Part shown: positions 25,780 through 34,757 of the stretch, one piece after another
Layout: each line of letters opens with the position of its first letter
How positions within the stretch are numbered: the stretch's first letter is position 1
Virus record (IMG/VR): IMGVR_UViG_3300025276_000032
Location: 3,348 to 67,347 of that record
From: a virus
Length of the DNA: 64,000 nucleotides
Reading direction: 5' to 3' (one strand)
Program-made: the position numbers and the translations under genes
The notes under the pieces: model-generated
Seen by the model: only the letters and a program-made list of their open reading frames with translations
Databases searched by the model: none
Told to the model about the DNA's origin: nothing

Positions 25780-25808
25780 ATTATATCACATTTGCCAAAT
25801 TTTGTCAA
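25780..25808 (-). promoter_or_regulatory. sigma70-type promoter heading the glycan cluster (no GANTC tag)
   Basis: TTGACA-N17-TATAAT with extended TG. Confidence 0.75.
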
Positions 25809-25815
25809 TGAATAT

Positions 25816-26160
25816 TTATTTTTTCCCGATAGCTTCTTTCGCATAGAAAGCCATAACGATTGCAGCCACAGACACAAAATATGTTGGTGCCATATCGCCT
25901 AAGATATTACCCGCAGTATCAAGACCGATAACACTTGCAATTACTACTGCAAATGGGTATAGCAACATTCCCACAAGAGCAAACCAAGCCATGTTGCGCT
26001 GTGCATCTTGTTTCTTATCATCATTTTCAGCGGCTTCACGCTTTCTTTCAAGTTCTATCAATCTTTCCTCCGCTGCCATTTCCTCGTCAGAAATAATACC
26101 ATCTCCATCAACGTCAAGATGTTCATACTTTGATCCACTTTCTAGTTTCTTCGGTGCCAT
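25816..26160 (-). CDS. Membrane protein with EF-hand-like loop and two TM segments
   Basis: DVDGDGIISDEE followed by two hydrophobic helices. Confidence 0.7.
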   Translation of the reverse strand: MAPKKLESGSKYEHLDVDGDGIISDEEMAAEERLIELERKREAAENDDKKQDAQRNMAWFALVGMLLYPFAVVIASVIGLDTAGNILGDMAPTYFVSVAAIVMAFYAKEAIGKK

Positions 26161-26206
26161 GCTAGTTTCCTTATTTGTTAAATTTTTATCATAATAAAGA
26201 TTTCGC

Positions 26207-26264
26207 TTGACTCTTTAAGAATATCTGTTATAATAAGATTCTTCTTAGTGAGTGGGGTAGTATA
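26207..26264 (+). repeat. Antisense promoter-like dispersed repeat, copy B
   Basis: TTGACT-N16-TATAAT-AAGATTCTTCTTAGTGAGTGGGGTAGTATA abutting the stop at 26265. Confidence 0.85.
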
Positions 26265-26486
26265 CTATTCTTCTGAAGTATCAGCTTTTTTTGCTTCCTC
26301 AGCTTCTTTAGATGCAGCAATAATGCCTTCAACAATTCCATTGACTTTATCAAATACTGTACCTACAGCGGTCAAGTCACTTGCTTTAAAAATACCCGCT
26401 TGACTTGCTGCTTCCATCACTTGACGAATTACCAACAAATCATTTGGCGTAATTTCGATTTTATTTTCTTCATTATCAGTAGTCAT
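26265..26486 (-). CDS. Hypothetical acidic protein
   Basis: 73-aa ORF, GGAG SD. Confidence 0.7.
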   Translation of the reverse strand: MTTDNEENKIEITPNDLLVIRQVMEAASQAGIFKASDLTAVGTVFDKVNGIVEGIIAASKEAEEAKKADTSEE

Positions 26487-26559
26487 TTTTATCTATCTCC
26501 ATTTAGATTAATTATTTACTTAGTATATAGCAGTTTAATAAACAGTTTCAGAGAAATCA

Positions 26560-27726
26560 TTACGGTAATCCTGTCCATGCTTGAATTACAATTTTGCCGC
26601 GTGTGCCAGCGCCGCCGATCCTAGTTCCTGTATTGGTGCCAGCGCCACCGCCTCCACCACCAAAAGATGAGCTGGTTCCTCCATTGGAAGAGGGTGCGTT
26701 TCCACCAGGCCCTCCAACCCCATAATAAGACGTTCCTCCATCGCCGCCATTGAACCCATACTGCGCCTGACCGTTAGAGCCAGAACCACCAGTAAGAAGT
26801 GAAGTGGATACCATGCCATTACTTGTGGCAGAGCCGGGGCCACCACCTGTAGCGCCACTGCTTCTAACTCCACCCCAACCAATAGCAAAGTTTGTACCAT
26901 TGTAATTTAAAATTGAGGCTGCACCATTCGTGCCGTCTGGGTTCGCCCCCGCGTAGCCTGAGCCGCCAGTACCATTGGCGCCAACAGTATAACTGATGGA
27001 GCCTCCACTTACTGCTAAGAATCCAATTGCAGTACCGCCAGAACCACCGCCGCCCGTACTAAACCACACCGCAGTATAGGCAGACGCGCCACCTCCGCCT
27101 GCACCGCCGCCTGTTACGAAAACTTTAACATAATTAGCACCGGCTGGAATAGAGTAGGTTCCAGATCCAATCGTACTATATATTGTGTCCGATCCAATTT
27201 GATTGGCGAATGACAATGTGAAATCTACTACTTTAGTTTTAATATTAGTACCGTCAGTTACGCTAATAGTTATACTGAATGTTCCTGCATGAGCATCTAC
27301 TGAAGAAGGATTAATTGTAAAGACATTGTCCAGTTGAGATATTGTTGCTGTATCTCCTAAAGTTCCTGAAGTAACTGCATATGACCATGTAATCGGGAAT
27401 CCTTCTGGGTCAGAAGAAATTGCAGTAATAGTTGTGGCTGTACCATCAGTTGCTAAATCATACGTTGAATTTACACCAGTAATATTTAAAGGTGCGTCAT
27501 TAGTTGTCGCTATCTCATACCAATAAGTTCCGTTGTAAAAAAATAACTTTTTAGTATCTTCCACATACGCAGTCAGTCCTGGACCTATATTCGAAGAAGG
27601 TAGATCGTTCGATGTAGCTACAGACGAAAATCCAGAAGCCTGTATTTCAGCAGGCAAAGACGATCTTGGCACCCTGTTGCCCTCTTCTGATAAAAGTGTA
27701 GCTAATTTAAAAGCGTTTGAAGGCAT
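26560..27726 (-). CDS. Fibre/virion protein, Ig-like domain and Gly-rich C-terminus
   Basis: MPSNAFKLA start; DPEGFPITWSY module; GGG repeats. Confidence 0.75.
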   Translation of the reverse strand: MPSNAFKLATLLSEEGNRVPRSSLPAEIQASGFSSVATSNDLPSSNIGPGLTAYVEDTKKLFFYNGTYWYEIATTNDAPLNITGVNSTYDLATDGTATTITAISSDPEGFPITWSYAVTSGTLGDTATISQLDNVFTINPSSVDAHAGTFSITISVTDGTNIKTKVVDFTLSFANQIGSDTIYSTIGSGTYSIPAGANYVKVFVTGGGAGGGGASAYTAVWFSTGGGGSGGTAIGFLAVSGGSISYTVGANGTGGSGYAGANPDGTNGAASILNYNGTNFAIGWGGVRSSGATGGGPGSATSNGMVSTSLLTGGSGSNGQAQYGFNGGDGGTSYYGVGGPGGNAPSSNGGTSSSFGGGGGGAGTNTGTRIGGAGTRGKIVIQAWTGLP

Positions 27727-27734
27727 TATATTTC

Positions 27735-28250
27735 CTAGTGTGCTAAAGTTATTTTAGTTGTCTTGGCTACTGTGTTAGTGTTTGATGTGGCGCTTATAGT
27801 TAAATAAAATATGCCATTGTTAGCTGGGACTGTAGAAGGAGTTATAGTGAACACATTTGTAGATTGTCCTATCGCAGCTTGGGTTGTCAAGCCTGTTGTT
27901 GAATATGTCCAAGAAATTGCTGTGCCATCTGGGTCTGTCGATGTTGCTGTAATGACTGTTGCTGTACCATCTAGTGCTAAGTTGTAACTATTTTCTACAC
28001 CTGAAGGAACACTTGGCAAATAGTTACTGACTGTCGTGTTTATCCAGGCTGTACCATTCCAAAAGAATAGCTTATTAGTTGATGTTGCCCATCTTTGATC
28101 TCCCAGAGCATTTCCTGAAACGGGTAAATCGCCCGGGCTAGAAACAACATCTAAAAATGTTCCTGCGACATGAGAATCTATCATAACAGGATCTACATTA
28201 CTTGTCCCGTTAATCAAAATATTCGATAATTTAAAAGCATTTGAAGTCAT
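27735..28250 (-). CDS. Short fibre/virion protein
   Basis: MTSNAFKLS start; DPDGTAISWTY module. Confidence 0.7.
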   Translation of the reverse strand: MTSNAFKLSNILINGTSNVDPVMIDSHVAGTFLDVVSSPGDLPVSGNALGDQRWATSTNKLFFWNGTAWINTTVSNYLPSVPSGVENSYNLALDGTATVITATSTDPDGTAISWTYSTTGLTTQAAIGQSTNVFTITPSTVPANNGIFYLTISATSNTNTVAKTTKITLAH

Positions 28251-29536
28251 TAGTAAGCATCAAACCCAGTAGGAGGATTGTATGTGGGTGAATGACTACC
28301 GCCCGTTTGAAATTGAACTCCTATAGTCCCAGCAACATTGTTGTAACCTACAAAGAACCGCACAGCACCAGTGATGTCAGACATAGGCATACCCGCTCCA
28401 ACGCCCGGCACTCCAGTGAATAGACTCCATTGATTATTCAGTCCGAACCAAGCAGCCTTTGCTGTTGTATCATATGCAAACATAATTACATCTGCTTGGG
28501 TAATACTGCTTCCGGTAGTGCAAGGATTACTCGCCCACTTCGAAGCTGTGGTAAAACCAGCTTCTACGTCATAGGGACCGTTGTGACCAACTACTCCGTC
28601 TTGCAAGAACCAGACTGCCACGTTACCGCCGGGGCTAGTAGAATAACCAGTATCGTTGTTTGCACCACGAACAGCGTCAATTAAACCAATGTAAAGTCCG
28701 CTATTAGTAAGTGTATGTGCTTGAGTGTACTTTGCTTCTAGATACTGTTTGCCTGTTTTGATCTCATCGCCAACTAAAAAACCACTAGCAGAAATAAAGC
28801 CTGCGTTTGTAGTAGCTGAGAATAATCCAGTGGAACTCGCTGCAAGCGTGTCTCCGTTACGGGACAATGTAGAGACTATAATTTCACTTGAAAACTGTAG
28901 CGTGACTGTTGTTGTTGATGCTGTACTAACTAATGCACCATCAGATGCTTTGACTCTAAAATTAAATGTGCCTGCTGGCGTTATAGCCGCTGAATCGTTA
29001 GTAAATCTAAAAACACCAGCAGTCGGTTGCGTAATAGACAATACTTGCGGTGGCAAACTTCCATCTTTATAAACTGTAGTAGAACCACCACTATCTTTAT
29101 ACCCGTCCCAATCATATGTTATTGGAAAACCAGCCTCATCAATAGCTACTGCCGTAATTCTACCACTATCTGGAGACCCTAGAACTAACTCCGCAGCGGG
29201 GCTTGTAGTAAATCTAGGCGCAACATTAAATGGATTTATAACTGTGCCAGTGCTGTCTGCAACAGTTAATTTACCACCAGAACCTTTTAATTGCGTATCT
29301 CCCAAGTGGATAGTATTACCGCTTAGATGTAAATCTTTCCATTTCCTAGTAGTTGAACCTAAATCTCTTGAACTATCTGCATCTGGAAGAATATTGGATG
29401 CTATAGCTGTAAAATCAACCGCAGCCGCCGCAGATATTGTATCCCACACCTCTGCTGTCGCATTATATGTATATACAACACCATTTAATGTTGTCGTATC
29501 CCCATTTGAAGGACTGTCTGGAAAGTTTAATGCCAT
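28250..29536 (-). CDS. Fibre protein with SPRY/ConA-like C-terminal domain
   Basis: MALNFPDSPSNG start; TGKQYLE...AYDT...WFG.N..W...PTGF. Confidence 0.7.
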   Translation of the reverse strand: MALNFPDSPSNGDTTTLNGVVYTYNATAEVWDTISAAAAVDFTAIASNILPDADSSRDLGSTTRKWKDLHLSGNTIHLGDTQLKGSGGKLTVADSTGTVINPFNVAPRFTTSPAAELVLGSPDSGRITAVAIDEAGFPITYDWDGYKDSGGSTTVYKDGSLPPQVLSITQPTAGVFRFTNDSAAITPAGTFNFRVKASDGALVSTASTTTVTLQFSSEIIVSTLSRNGDTLAASSTGLFSATTNAGFISASGFLVGDEIKTGKQYLEAKYTQAHTLTNSGLYIGLIDAVRGANNDTGYSTSPGGNVAVWFLQDGVVGHNGPYDVEAGFTTASKWASNPCTTGSSITQADVIMFAYDTTAKAAWFGLNNQWSLFTGVPGVGAGMPMSDITGAVRFFVGYNNVAGTIGVQFQTGGSHSPTYNPPTGFDAY

Positions 29537-29558
29537 TTCTTATCTTTCTTTTATTCTA

Positions 29559-30920
29559 TTAAAAGTGTTCGAATCCAGTTGGTTTGGTATAATCAGACCC
29601 ACCCCAAGTAAGTGTATGAGCAAAAGCCTGATTGCCGCCTGATCCTACAACAAAGGCATATCCACCTTGTGCATGTGATAAAGAGATACCAGCACCACCT
29701 GCGCTGGGATCGCCGCTTACAGAACTCCAAGTATCATTTTTTCCCACCCACACTTTTCCTGCATCGGTATCATATGCAATTTGCCATACATCATTTAGGC
29801 TAAATGCACCAAGTCCGGATGCCGAATTATTCTGCCAGCCAAAATGATTACCGTTCCACGAATACAAATAAACTGCGTTTGCACCACTATATCCACCAGC
29901 AGCGTTGTTGTTATAAGCCGTGAGTCGCATTGCTATTCCAACCATCAGCTCATTAGGTCCACTTGTTGTAGAAGTCCATTTCGCTTCAATATATCTCTTA
30001 CCTGTTGTCATACCACTGTTTGCTACTGTAGTACCTTCTGGGAAATAAACATAGTTCGCACCACTCGTTGAGAACGCCATCGTGATGTCGGTAACACCGG
30101 TAGATGTTGGTTCAACATAATTAGAACCTCTTGTTTGCCGTGACGCAATAGTAATAGCGGTTCTAAATGCTAAGGTTATTACTGATGTTGCAGGAGTTAC
30201 TAAAACTCCATCTGAAGCCTTTACTCTAAAAGAAAAATTGCCTGCATTTGCCTCTGCTGTAGATGGCGTAAGAGTAAAAACGCCGTTAGATTCAGACAAT
30301 GCAGTGATTTGTGATGGTAAACTATCATCATTATATAGGGTTGATCCACTAAAAGCATCCCAATCATAAGTTACTGGAAATCCAGATTCATCAACAGCAA
30401 CAGCGGTGATAGTTGATGCTGTTCCATCTTGAGTCAAAGTATGACTTTCAGATGGCGTTGTAGTATATCTAGGACCAATTTGTGATCCTATAGACATTCT
30501 TTGCCATGCGACTCCGTCCCACATATAAGATGATTTCGTATCAGTAGCAAACCCTATATCACCAGCAGTATTTCCACTTGAAGGAAATGCAGCAAGATTT
30601 GCATATGATGTTGGGGAAGCAGATGTACCATCTGTGCCATCTGTGCCTGCTGGTCCTGTTTGTTGCGGAGATGCAGGAACCCATTGACTACTCGAACCAT
30701 CAGCATAATATACAAACATTTTTAAAGATGTTGAATTGAACCACTGATCGCCGTCACTAGGACTCGTCGGCGCAGTATCAGAAACAGTAACAGAAGAACC
30801 GCCGCCACCGCCAGCGCCTGAGGATGTCCATCTAGTTTTAGATGTATTATATGTCCAAGTTATGTCACCGACTGTATGGGTATCCCCATTAGAGGGACTA
30901 TCTGGAAAATTTATCGCCAT
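29559..30920 (-). CDS. Fibre protein with SPRY/ConA-like C-terminal domain
   Basis: MAINFPDSPSNG start; collagen-like spacer; TGKRYIE...AYDT...WVGKN.TW...PTGF. Confidence 0.7.
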   Translation of the reverse strand: MAINFPDSPSNGDTHTVGDITWTYNTSKTRWTSSGAGGGGGSSVTVSDTAPTSPSDGDQWFNSTSLKMFVYYADGSSSQWVPASPQQTGPAGTDGTDGTSASPTSYANLAAFPSSGNTAGDIGFATDTKSSYMWDGVAWQRMSIGSQIGPRYTTTPSESHTLTQDGTASTITAVAVDESGFPVTYDWDAFSGSTLYNDDSLPSQITALSESNGVFTLTPSTAEANAGNFSFRVKASDGVLVTPATSVITLAFRTAITIASRQTRGSNYVEPTSTGVTDITMAFSTSGANYVYFPEGTTVANSGMTTGKRYIEAKWTSTTSGPNELMVGIAMRLTAYNNNAAGGYSGANAVYLYSWNGNHFGWQNNSASGLGAFSLNDVWQIAYDTDAGKVWVGKNDTWSSVSGDPSAGGAGISLSHAQGGYAFVVGSGGNQAFAHTLTWGGSDYTKPTGFEHF

Positions 30921-30954
30921 TTCTTAATTCATCCTATTTAAATTGTCTTTATAT

Positions 30955-31164
30955 TTAACCATCTGACCAAGATTGTGCTGCAGCACCAGTTGGAGCTGCA
31001 TCGCCACCACCTTCGCCGCCCCCTGTTGGACCATATAATGTACCATTCGTAGTTTTAGTTATTTTAGTAGATACTAAAACCCCACCATTTTGTACAAGTT
31101 GAGCGCAGCCTATTCCATTGAGACTGTGCGGTGGTGATGACGATACTGATACCATGAGTGCCAT
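30955..31164 (-). CDS. Small hypothetical virion-region protein
   Basis: 69-aa ORF, AGGA SD. Confidence 0.6.
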   Translation of the reverse strand: MALMVSVSSSPPHSLNGIGCAQLVQNGGVLVSTKITKTTNGTLYGPTGGGEGGGDAAPTGAAAQSWSDG

Positions 31165-31174
31165 TTATATTATC

Positions 31175-32341
31175 CTACGCATAAGGTACATTATCTTCAG
31201 GAAATGCATAACAAGCATTTACATCTGCTTCATAACCAACATAATATCCACATTTATGGGGTTTAAAAATTCTGTATCTGGTAGAACCTTCTAATATAAC
31301 ATCTCCATCATTGCCCGCATTGTCTGATATTCTATACATATTCATCATTCTACCACGCCTTGGATTTTTATTAATCGCGGTTGCTACACCTACGCCGGAT
31401 GCATTCCTCAGAGAATGTTGACCAACAAATTGCACAGGAGTTAATTGATGAATAGGTGCGTCTCCACCAGATACATTAAAGTGTTCTTGATTAAGAGCCG
31501 GAGATGGATTTATAGTGGAATACTGTATGTTGGCAGTGTGTTCCAGACCGTAATGAGATGTTGCATTGTATGCATTAAATGTTGCGGTTCTTACAGTACC
31601 GTTATGATCAATATATCTAGGTTGACCAACTCCCAAATGACAATAATTTGAATTAGTTTCAGAAGGAATAGGATTGTCCATAACATTCATCCATGCAGAA
31701 TGTACAATAACAGACGGACAATATGTATCATCTACACCATATGCCCAATTATCTATTGTTGGAGCGTATTCCAGATCATTAAGAACAAACCAGCCATGAT
31801 CGCGAGTCGTTGCGGTGCCTCCGCCAGTAACACCATCACCAGTTACTTTCATCATAAAGGTAGTATCATTTGCAATTATATGCATTTCGTGCAAATTTGA
31901 GCCATATGCTCCACCAACTCTATTATAAGTTGCATTTGTGGTGCCTCCTATACCATTACTAGGGGCGGCTGTAGGAGTTGAATTGCTTCCATTATCATCA
32001 TAAACATTCACTCTCCAACCATCGGAGGAGTCAACATTTATTATAAATTTATAACTCGGAGTATACCCAGAGGTTTGACCGGTCGCATAATGTTTTTTGT
32101 AAAAAATTACTTGACCAGACGTGCTGTTGCCACTGGCTGATATCGTGTGGTACATACCACTTGTTGGATTCGTGCCAGCATAGTTACCTGCTGAACCGTT
32201 AAATCCAGTGGACCCAGTTGCTCTAAAGCTAGTGCGCCAATCACTACCTCCTAAAAAAGTTGAGATACTATAACACATGTCTCTTACGTCATAATTTGTA
32301 AATGTAGTTGGATTCCTAGGAGTCCCGTAAAAATATGCCAT
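31175..32341 (-). CDS. Putative virion structural protein
   Basis: G/S/T/N/Y-rich; start corrected to ATG 32341. Confidence 0.65.
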   Translation of the reverse strand: MAYFYGTPRNPTTFTNYDVRDMCYSISTFLGGSDWRTSFRATGSTGFNGSAGNYAGTNPTSGMYHTISASGNSTSGQVIFYKKHYATGQTSGYTPSYKFIINVDSSDGWRVNVYDDNGSNSTPTAAPSNGIGGTTNATYNRVGGAYGSNLHEMHIIANDTTFMMKVTGDGVTGGGTATTRDHGWFVLNDLEYAPTIDNWAYGVDDTYCPSVIVHSAWMNVMDNPIPSETNSNYCHLGVGQPRYIDHNGTVRTATFNAYNATSHYGLEHTANIQYSTINPSPALNQEHFNVSGGDAPIHQLTPVQFVGQHSLRNASGVGVATAINKNPRRGRMMNMYRISDNAGNDGDVILEGSTRYRIFKPHKCGYYVGYEADVNACYAFPEDNVPYA

Positions 32342-32625
32342 TATTCTGTTCCCCCTGTCCATTCTAGCCATACATTATTTTCATCTTTTAAAGATGATAT
32401 ACCAAAAGTTACAATTTCTAATGGTGACCTTTGAGAAAACACACCCATTGTACTTCCGTCAAAACTTTCTACTAAATAATCTATATTCATATTTGCTTTA
32501 CTATATTCAGTATCGGCTTTATACCGATATACTTTAAAATCAGAAATATATTGATCTGAAGCAGAATCATCATTAAGACTATGCCTATGTCTAACTGCTA
32601 ATTTTTCCGCATCTGTTAATGCCAT
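32341..32625 (-). CDS. Hypothetical protein (possible fibre chaperone)
   Basis: 94-aa ORF with GAGGA SD. Confidence 0.6.
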   Translation of the reverse strand: MALTDAEKLAVRHRHSLNDDSASDQYISDFKVYRYKADTEYSKANMNIDYLVESFDGSTMGVFSQRSPLEIVTFGISSLKDENNVWLEWTGGTE

Positions 32626-32637
32626 TTTGTTGTCCTC

Positions 32638-34653
32638 TTATGAATATGTAAACGTAACAGTAAGATCAGATCCCGCTGTAGTGCTACCAATTTGTGTTAT
32701 ATCTACTGTTAAATAATCATCTTCTGCTAATGTTATACTTGGTGAACTATTTATAATCTTTGTTCCACCATCAGCAATCACTAAAGTCGCTCCAGATGAA
32801 CCATTCTTATTTACAGTTATATTTACTGATGCTCCTACTGGAGCAGTATTAACCCTTGCAACAATTCTACTTATAGTCACAGCTTTTGGAGCATACCACC
32901 TTTTAGTTCCAGTCGTAACGGTCAATACACCCGTTTGAACTAAATTTGTAAAATCGGATGGTGAAGCAGTCGCTATTTGCCATCCAGTTCCAGTTTTAAA
33001 AATGTGTAAGTTGCTAGTATCTTCAGCAAAAGCTAGATCGCCATTCACATTACCAATTGCTGGAAGATATGTGGCGTCAGCATAAATTTTCACTGACGCA
33101 ACCAATGATGTTCCATCTGGAGCAACCAACGTTGCAGTGCCAGCAACTTCTTTAATTTTATTCTTAAATGAAGGCGTATTTTCTACATATGTTGACATGT
33201 CTTGCGGAACAAATTTGCTATTTGTTGCATCATATACGAGACACATTTGATTTACTAATGATGGAATAGGTCTTAATTCAATTGGAGTTTTATGTCCTTC
33301 TTGAGTGTGTTGAGCATATATAATATAGTTTCCGTTTTCGTTAGTTTCAACATCTAAGTCTTTAACAACAATAGTGCCTCTCATTGCAGAGTGAAGTCCG
33401 CATTGATAATATAAAGTATCTGGAGCACTGGCATCTACAGTGATAACTAAATTACCCGTTTCATTTCTAGAACCTGTAACTCCTGTTGTATATTCTCCAA
33501 CATATGAACCAGCAACATAATTTGTGCCATTATCTGTTGTCAAATAAAATGGATGTCCAGTAGCAGTCAAATCAAATATATATGTGCCGCCTCTACGTAA
33601 TGGTCCTATTTCGGGATTATCACCAGATCGCGTTCCGCTAAATGTATATACACCTGAGCCAGAAGCGACAGTATATGTTACCGTAGGAGCTACTAACGAT
33701 GGCGGTGTAATACTAGATGGAACACTAAACGATAATCTTTGCACTGAAGTTTCTGTACCACCGTTAATACTCGCGTGTGTATGATCTACTATGCTATATG
33801 TTGGCCAACTTACTAAATTTTGATCACCTGCTCCCTCTATCCATTTTAACTTTAATGTGTGCGCTTGTGTCATAGAGCCGTACTGAGTATTTGCAAAGTT
33901 ATTAATTTGATATGTGCCTTGCATGTAAAGGGGTACTGATAACTGATTACTGTTCGTAATTGATGTTCTTGCATAAGGAAGAGAACTTGTCAACCAAGTC
34001 CAGAGCCAGGCTGTTCCATGACCAGCTGTCGGATCAGCAACTTGAATTTCTAGTACTTCTGGTGCAATAGTCAAATCTACATTGTCGAGTTGTTCTATTG
34101 ATTCAACGGCAGGAACTGCCACTTGTTCAACGCCACCTACTGTAGATTTCGTTTCAAGTTTACCAGTTGCACTTGCTTCTAGTTTGATAGTGTTAGCACC
34201 AGTACCAATACTAATCGAAGGTAAAGAAATTGAGCCGTCAGCGCCTGAAGATATAGAGCCAGAGTCTCCTAAGAATATTGTGTTGCCACTTAGATAAAGT
34301 GATCTAAATTTATTTGTAGCTGAGCCGAGATCGTATGCGCTATCTGTATCTGGAATAATATTTCCGGTAACTGCACTTGTTCCGTCAAATGTGCCCGCGG
34401 CGCCTGCTGCGCCTGAAGTGTTGATCTCTACCCACTGTGAACTGCTACCGTCTGCATAATACACAAAAGTTTTTAGTATAGTCGTATCAAACCACATTTG
34501 CCCCGCAATCGGATTAGATGGGGCATTGTCCGACATAATCATATTGCCGACTTTTTTATTCCATTGATTGTTCGCACTACTGTAAACGAAATTATTTCCG
34601 TTTAGTATAACAGCTTGTCCATCTGAAGGACTGTCTGGAAAGTTTAGTGCCAT
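32638..34653 (-). CDS. Fibre protein with cupredoxin-like module
   Basis: MALNFPDSPSDG start; GHPFY...APDTLYYQCGLHSAM. Confidence 0.75.
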   Translation of the reverse strand: MALNFPDSPSDGQAVILNGNNFVYSSANNQWNKKVGNMIMSDNAPSNPIAGQMWFDTTILKTFVYYADGSSSQWVEINTSGAAGAAGTFDGTSAVTGNIIPDTDSAYDLGSATNKFRSLYLSGNTIFLGDSGSISSGADGSISLPSISIGTGANTIKLEASATGKLETKSTVGGVEQVAVPAVESIEQLDNVDLTIAPEVLEIQVADPTAGHGTAWLWTWLTSSLPYARTSITNSNQLSVPLYMQGTYQINNFANTQYGSMTQAHTLKLKWIEGAGDQNLVSWPTYSIVDHTHASINGGTETSVQRLSFSVPSSITPPSLVAPTVTYTVASGSGVYTFSGTRSGDNPEIGPLRRGGTYIFDLTATGHPFYLTTDNGTNYVAGSYVGEYTTGVTGSRNETGNLVITVDASAPDTLYYQCGLHSAMRGTIVVKDLDVETNENGNYIIYAQHTQEGHKTPIELRPIPSLVNQMCLVYDATNSKFVPQDMSTYVENTPSFKNKIKEVAGTATLVAPDGTSLVASVKIYADATYLPAIGNVNGDLAFAEDTSNLHIFKTGTGWQIATASPSDFTNLVQTGVLTVTTGTKRWYAPKAVTISRIVARVNTAPVGASVNITVNKNGSSGATLVIADGGTKIINSSPSITLAEDDYLTVDITQIGSTTAGSDLTVTFTYS

Positions 34654-34677
34654 TTGTCGAAATTCCTTTAGTTCTTA

Positions 34678-34743
34678 TTATATATTTATAAGAAAAATAC
34701 GTCTAGTTCTTGTAGGAAATGTTAATGGCATTTTTAATGCCAT
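34678..34743 (-). pseudogene. Vestigial fibre-gene N-terminus (MALKMPLTFPT...)
   Basis: 21-codon ORF with AAGGA SD resembling MALNFP-type starts. Confidence 0.45.
34683..34690 (-). promoter_or_regulatory. T4-type late promoter TATAAATA
   Basis: Exact consensus about 30 nt upstream of ATG 34653. Confidence 0.7.
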
Positions 34744-34757
34744 GTCTTATTTATTCC

